The position numbers and the translations under genes were made by a program. From positions 46,241,081-46,305,080 of the forward strand of contig NC_057728.1 in assembly GCF_004010195.1 (NCBI RefSeq): a stretch of 64,000 nt of DNA, given 5' to 3'. This document shows positions 62,966 to 64,000 of this stretch, in pieces. The stretch's first letter is position 1; every line of letters starts with the position of its first letter. This DNA is from Chiloscyllium plagiosum. Its lineage: Eukaryota. The notes beneath the pieces were generated by a model. The model searched no databases. It was not told the origin of the DNA and saw only the letters and a program-made list of their open reading frames with translations.

Positions 62966-64000
62966 AGAATGCTTTCTTCGCAACTTGGACTCTCTTGAGT
63001 AACTGTCATACATCATCACCACCACTACCATGTAGCTGGTGATCGCTCCACTAACGGCAGTTTTTTACATCAGTAGAAACATGTTCTATATACTGTTAAT
63101 TTATAGCTGTTTAATGTTTGTAGCATATGATTAATATTACGGTAAACATGGTCATCTTCATATCTGCAGTTCACTTCCATAATTGATGTGGAAATCATTT
63201 CTGATCTATGGACATTAGTTTCCTTTCAGCTGTAAACAGACTAACAGTTAACTCATTTTCAAGGCACTGCATCAATCAATTAAAAATAATTACCTTATTT
63301 TATTATCAAAAATGAAGAGTATTACTGAATGTTCAGAACCACTACAATTTTGACAAAGAATACCATTTTGCTTTGACGAGAGGCAAGACTGAACCTCAAC
63401 TTATCAAAATATAAACTTCACAATAAAGCATCTCCTCACCTATTTATATGTTTCTTAGTAGAATTGATTATGATGTTCATGTTCATTACTTGTGCCATCT
63501 CTAATTTGGAATTCAGTCCATTTTAAAACGGAAGCGAAGGCACTTTAATCAGACAGAGTGTAGGCAGGAGTTAATAAAATGGCATGCAAAAATATGTGCA
63601 AATTTTATCAACTTGTCATCAGTAATAAAGATAAATGTTGTGTGAAGAAATCCACTATCCGTAAATCTTATAATCCTTCCCTTTACTTTCCACAGCAGCA
63701 GAAACTGCTGAACGATCACAAAATAAAGATATTCAATCTTGTGTATATAATACAATAGAAGACTGAAATATTCACACTTGGTGAAATAAAAATGTTCAGT
63801 TTTACTGGCAGGATTTGGGATTTTAAGTGAGCTGTCTTTTATCAAGTAGACACAAATTCACATGAGGCATATAAATTGGGTTTGGAATCAAACATTTACA
63901 TAGCACACCCGTCTGCATAAGAATGTGTTCTTTTTTAGCTGAGATAAAAAGAAATACTGGAAATGTTGGAAATCTGACAATGCACAGCAGTTCAATTAGC

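Noticed and set aside
1..64000. Prokaryotic-type systems (CRISPR arrays, operons, rRNA)
   Set aside because: Sequence is vertebrate repeat-rich DNA; no regularly spaced repeats or intact genes

Overview
This is AT-rich vertebrate genomic DNA. The repeat content (HE1-like V-SINEs with matching CR1/HER1-like LINEs, shark-type Penelope repeats) points to an elasmobranch (shark). There is no complete host gene, and the window looks like a large intron or gene desert. Roughly half is decayed mobile DNA: CR1 LINEs (one with an SGNH-esterase ORF1), a second non-LTR LINE family with its partner SINE, L2, Rex1/Babar, a Gypsy fragment plus three solo LTRs, TA-flanked MITEs and a possible Harbinger Myb remnant. 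The supplied ORFs are TE fragments or spurious. The most notable signal is a population of more than a dozen Penelope-like (PLE) terminal-repeat insertions from at least five sequence families, most carrying a recognisable minimal type-I hammerhead ribozyme core. Stems I and II covary between families. Several copies are tiny (97-300 bp), TSD-flanked and ORF-less, and several are head-to-head palindromes whose inversion point sits at the CUGANGA core. Junctions preserve snap-back and template-switch scars. A candidate 15-nt minus-strand microexon (38410-38424) may mark the host gene. Boundaries of old repeats are approximate, and family names come from recognition, not database searches.
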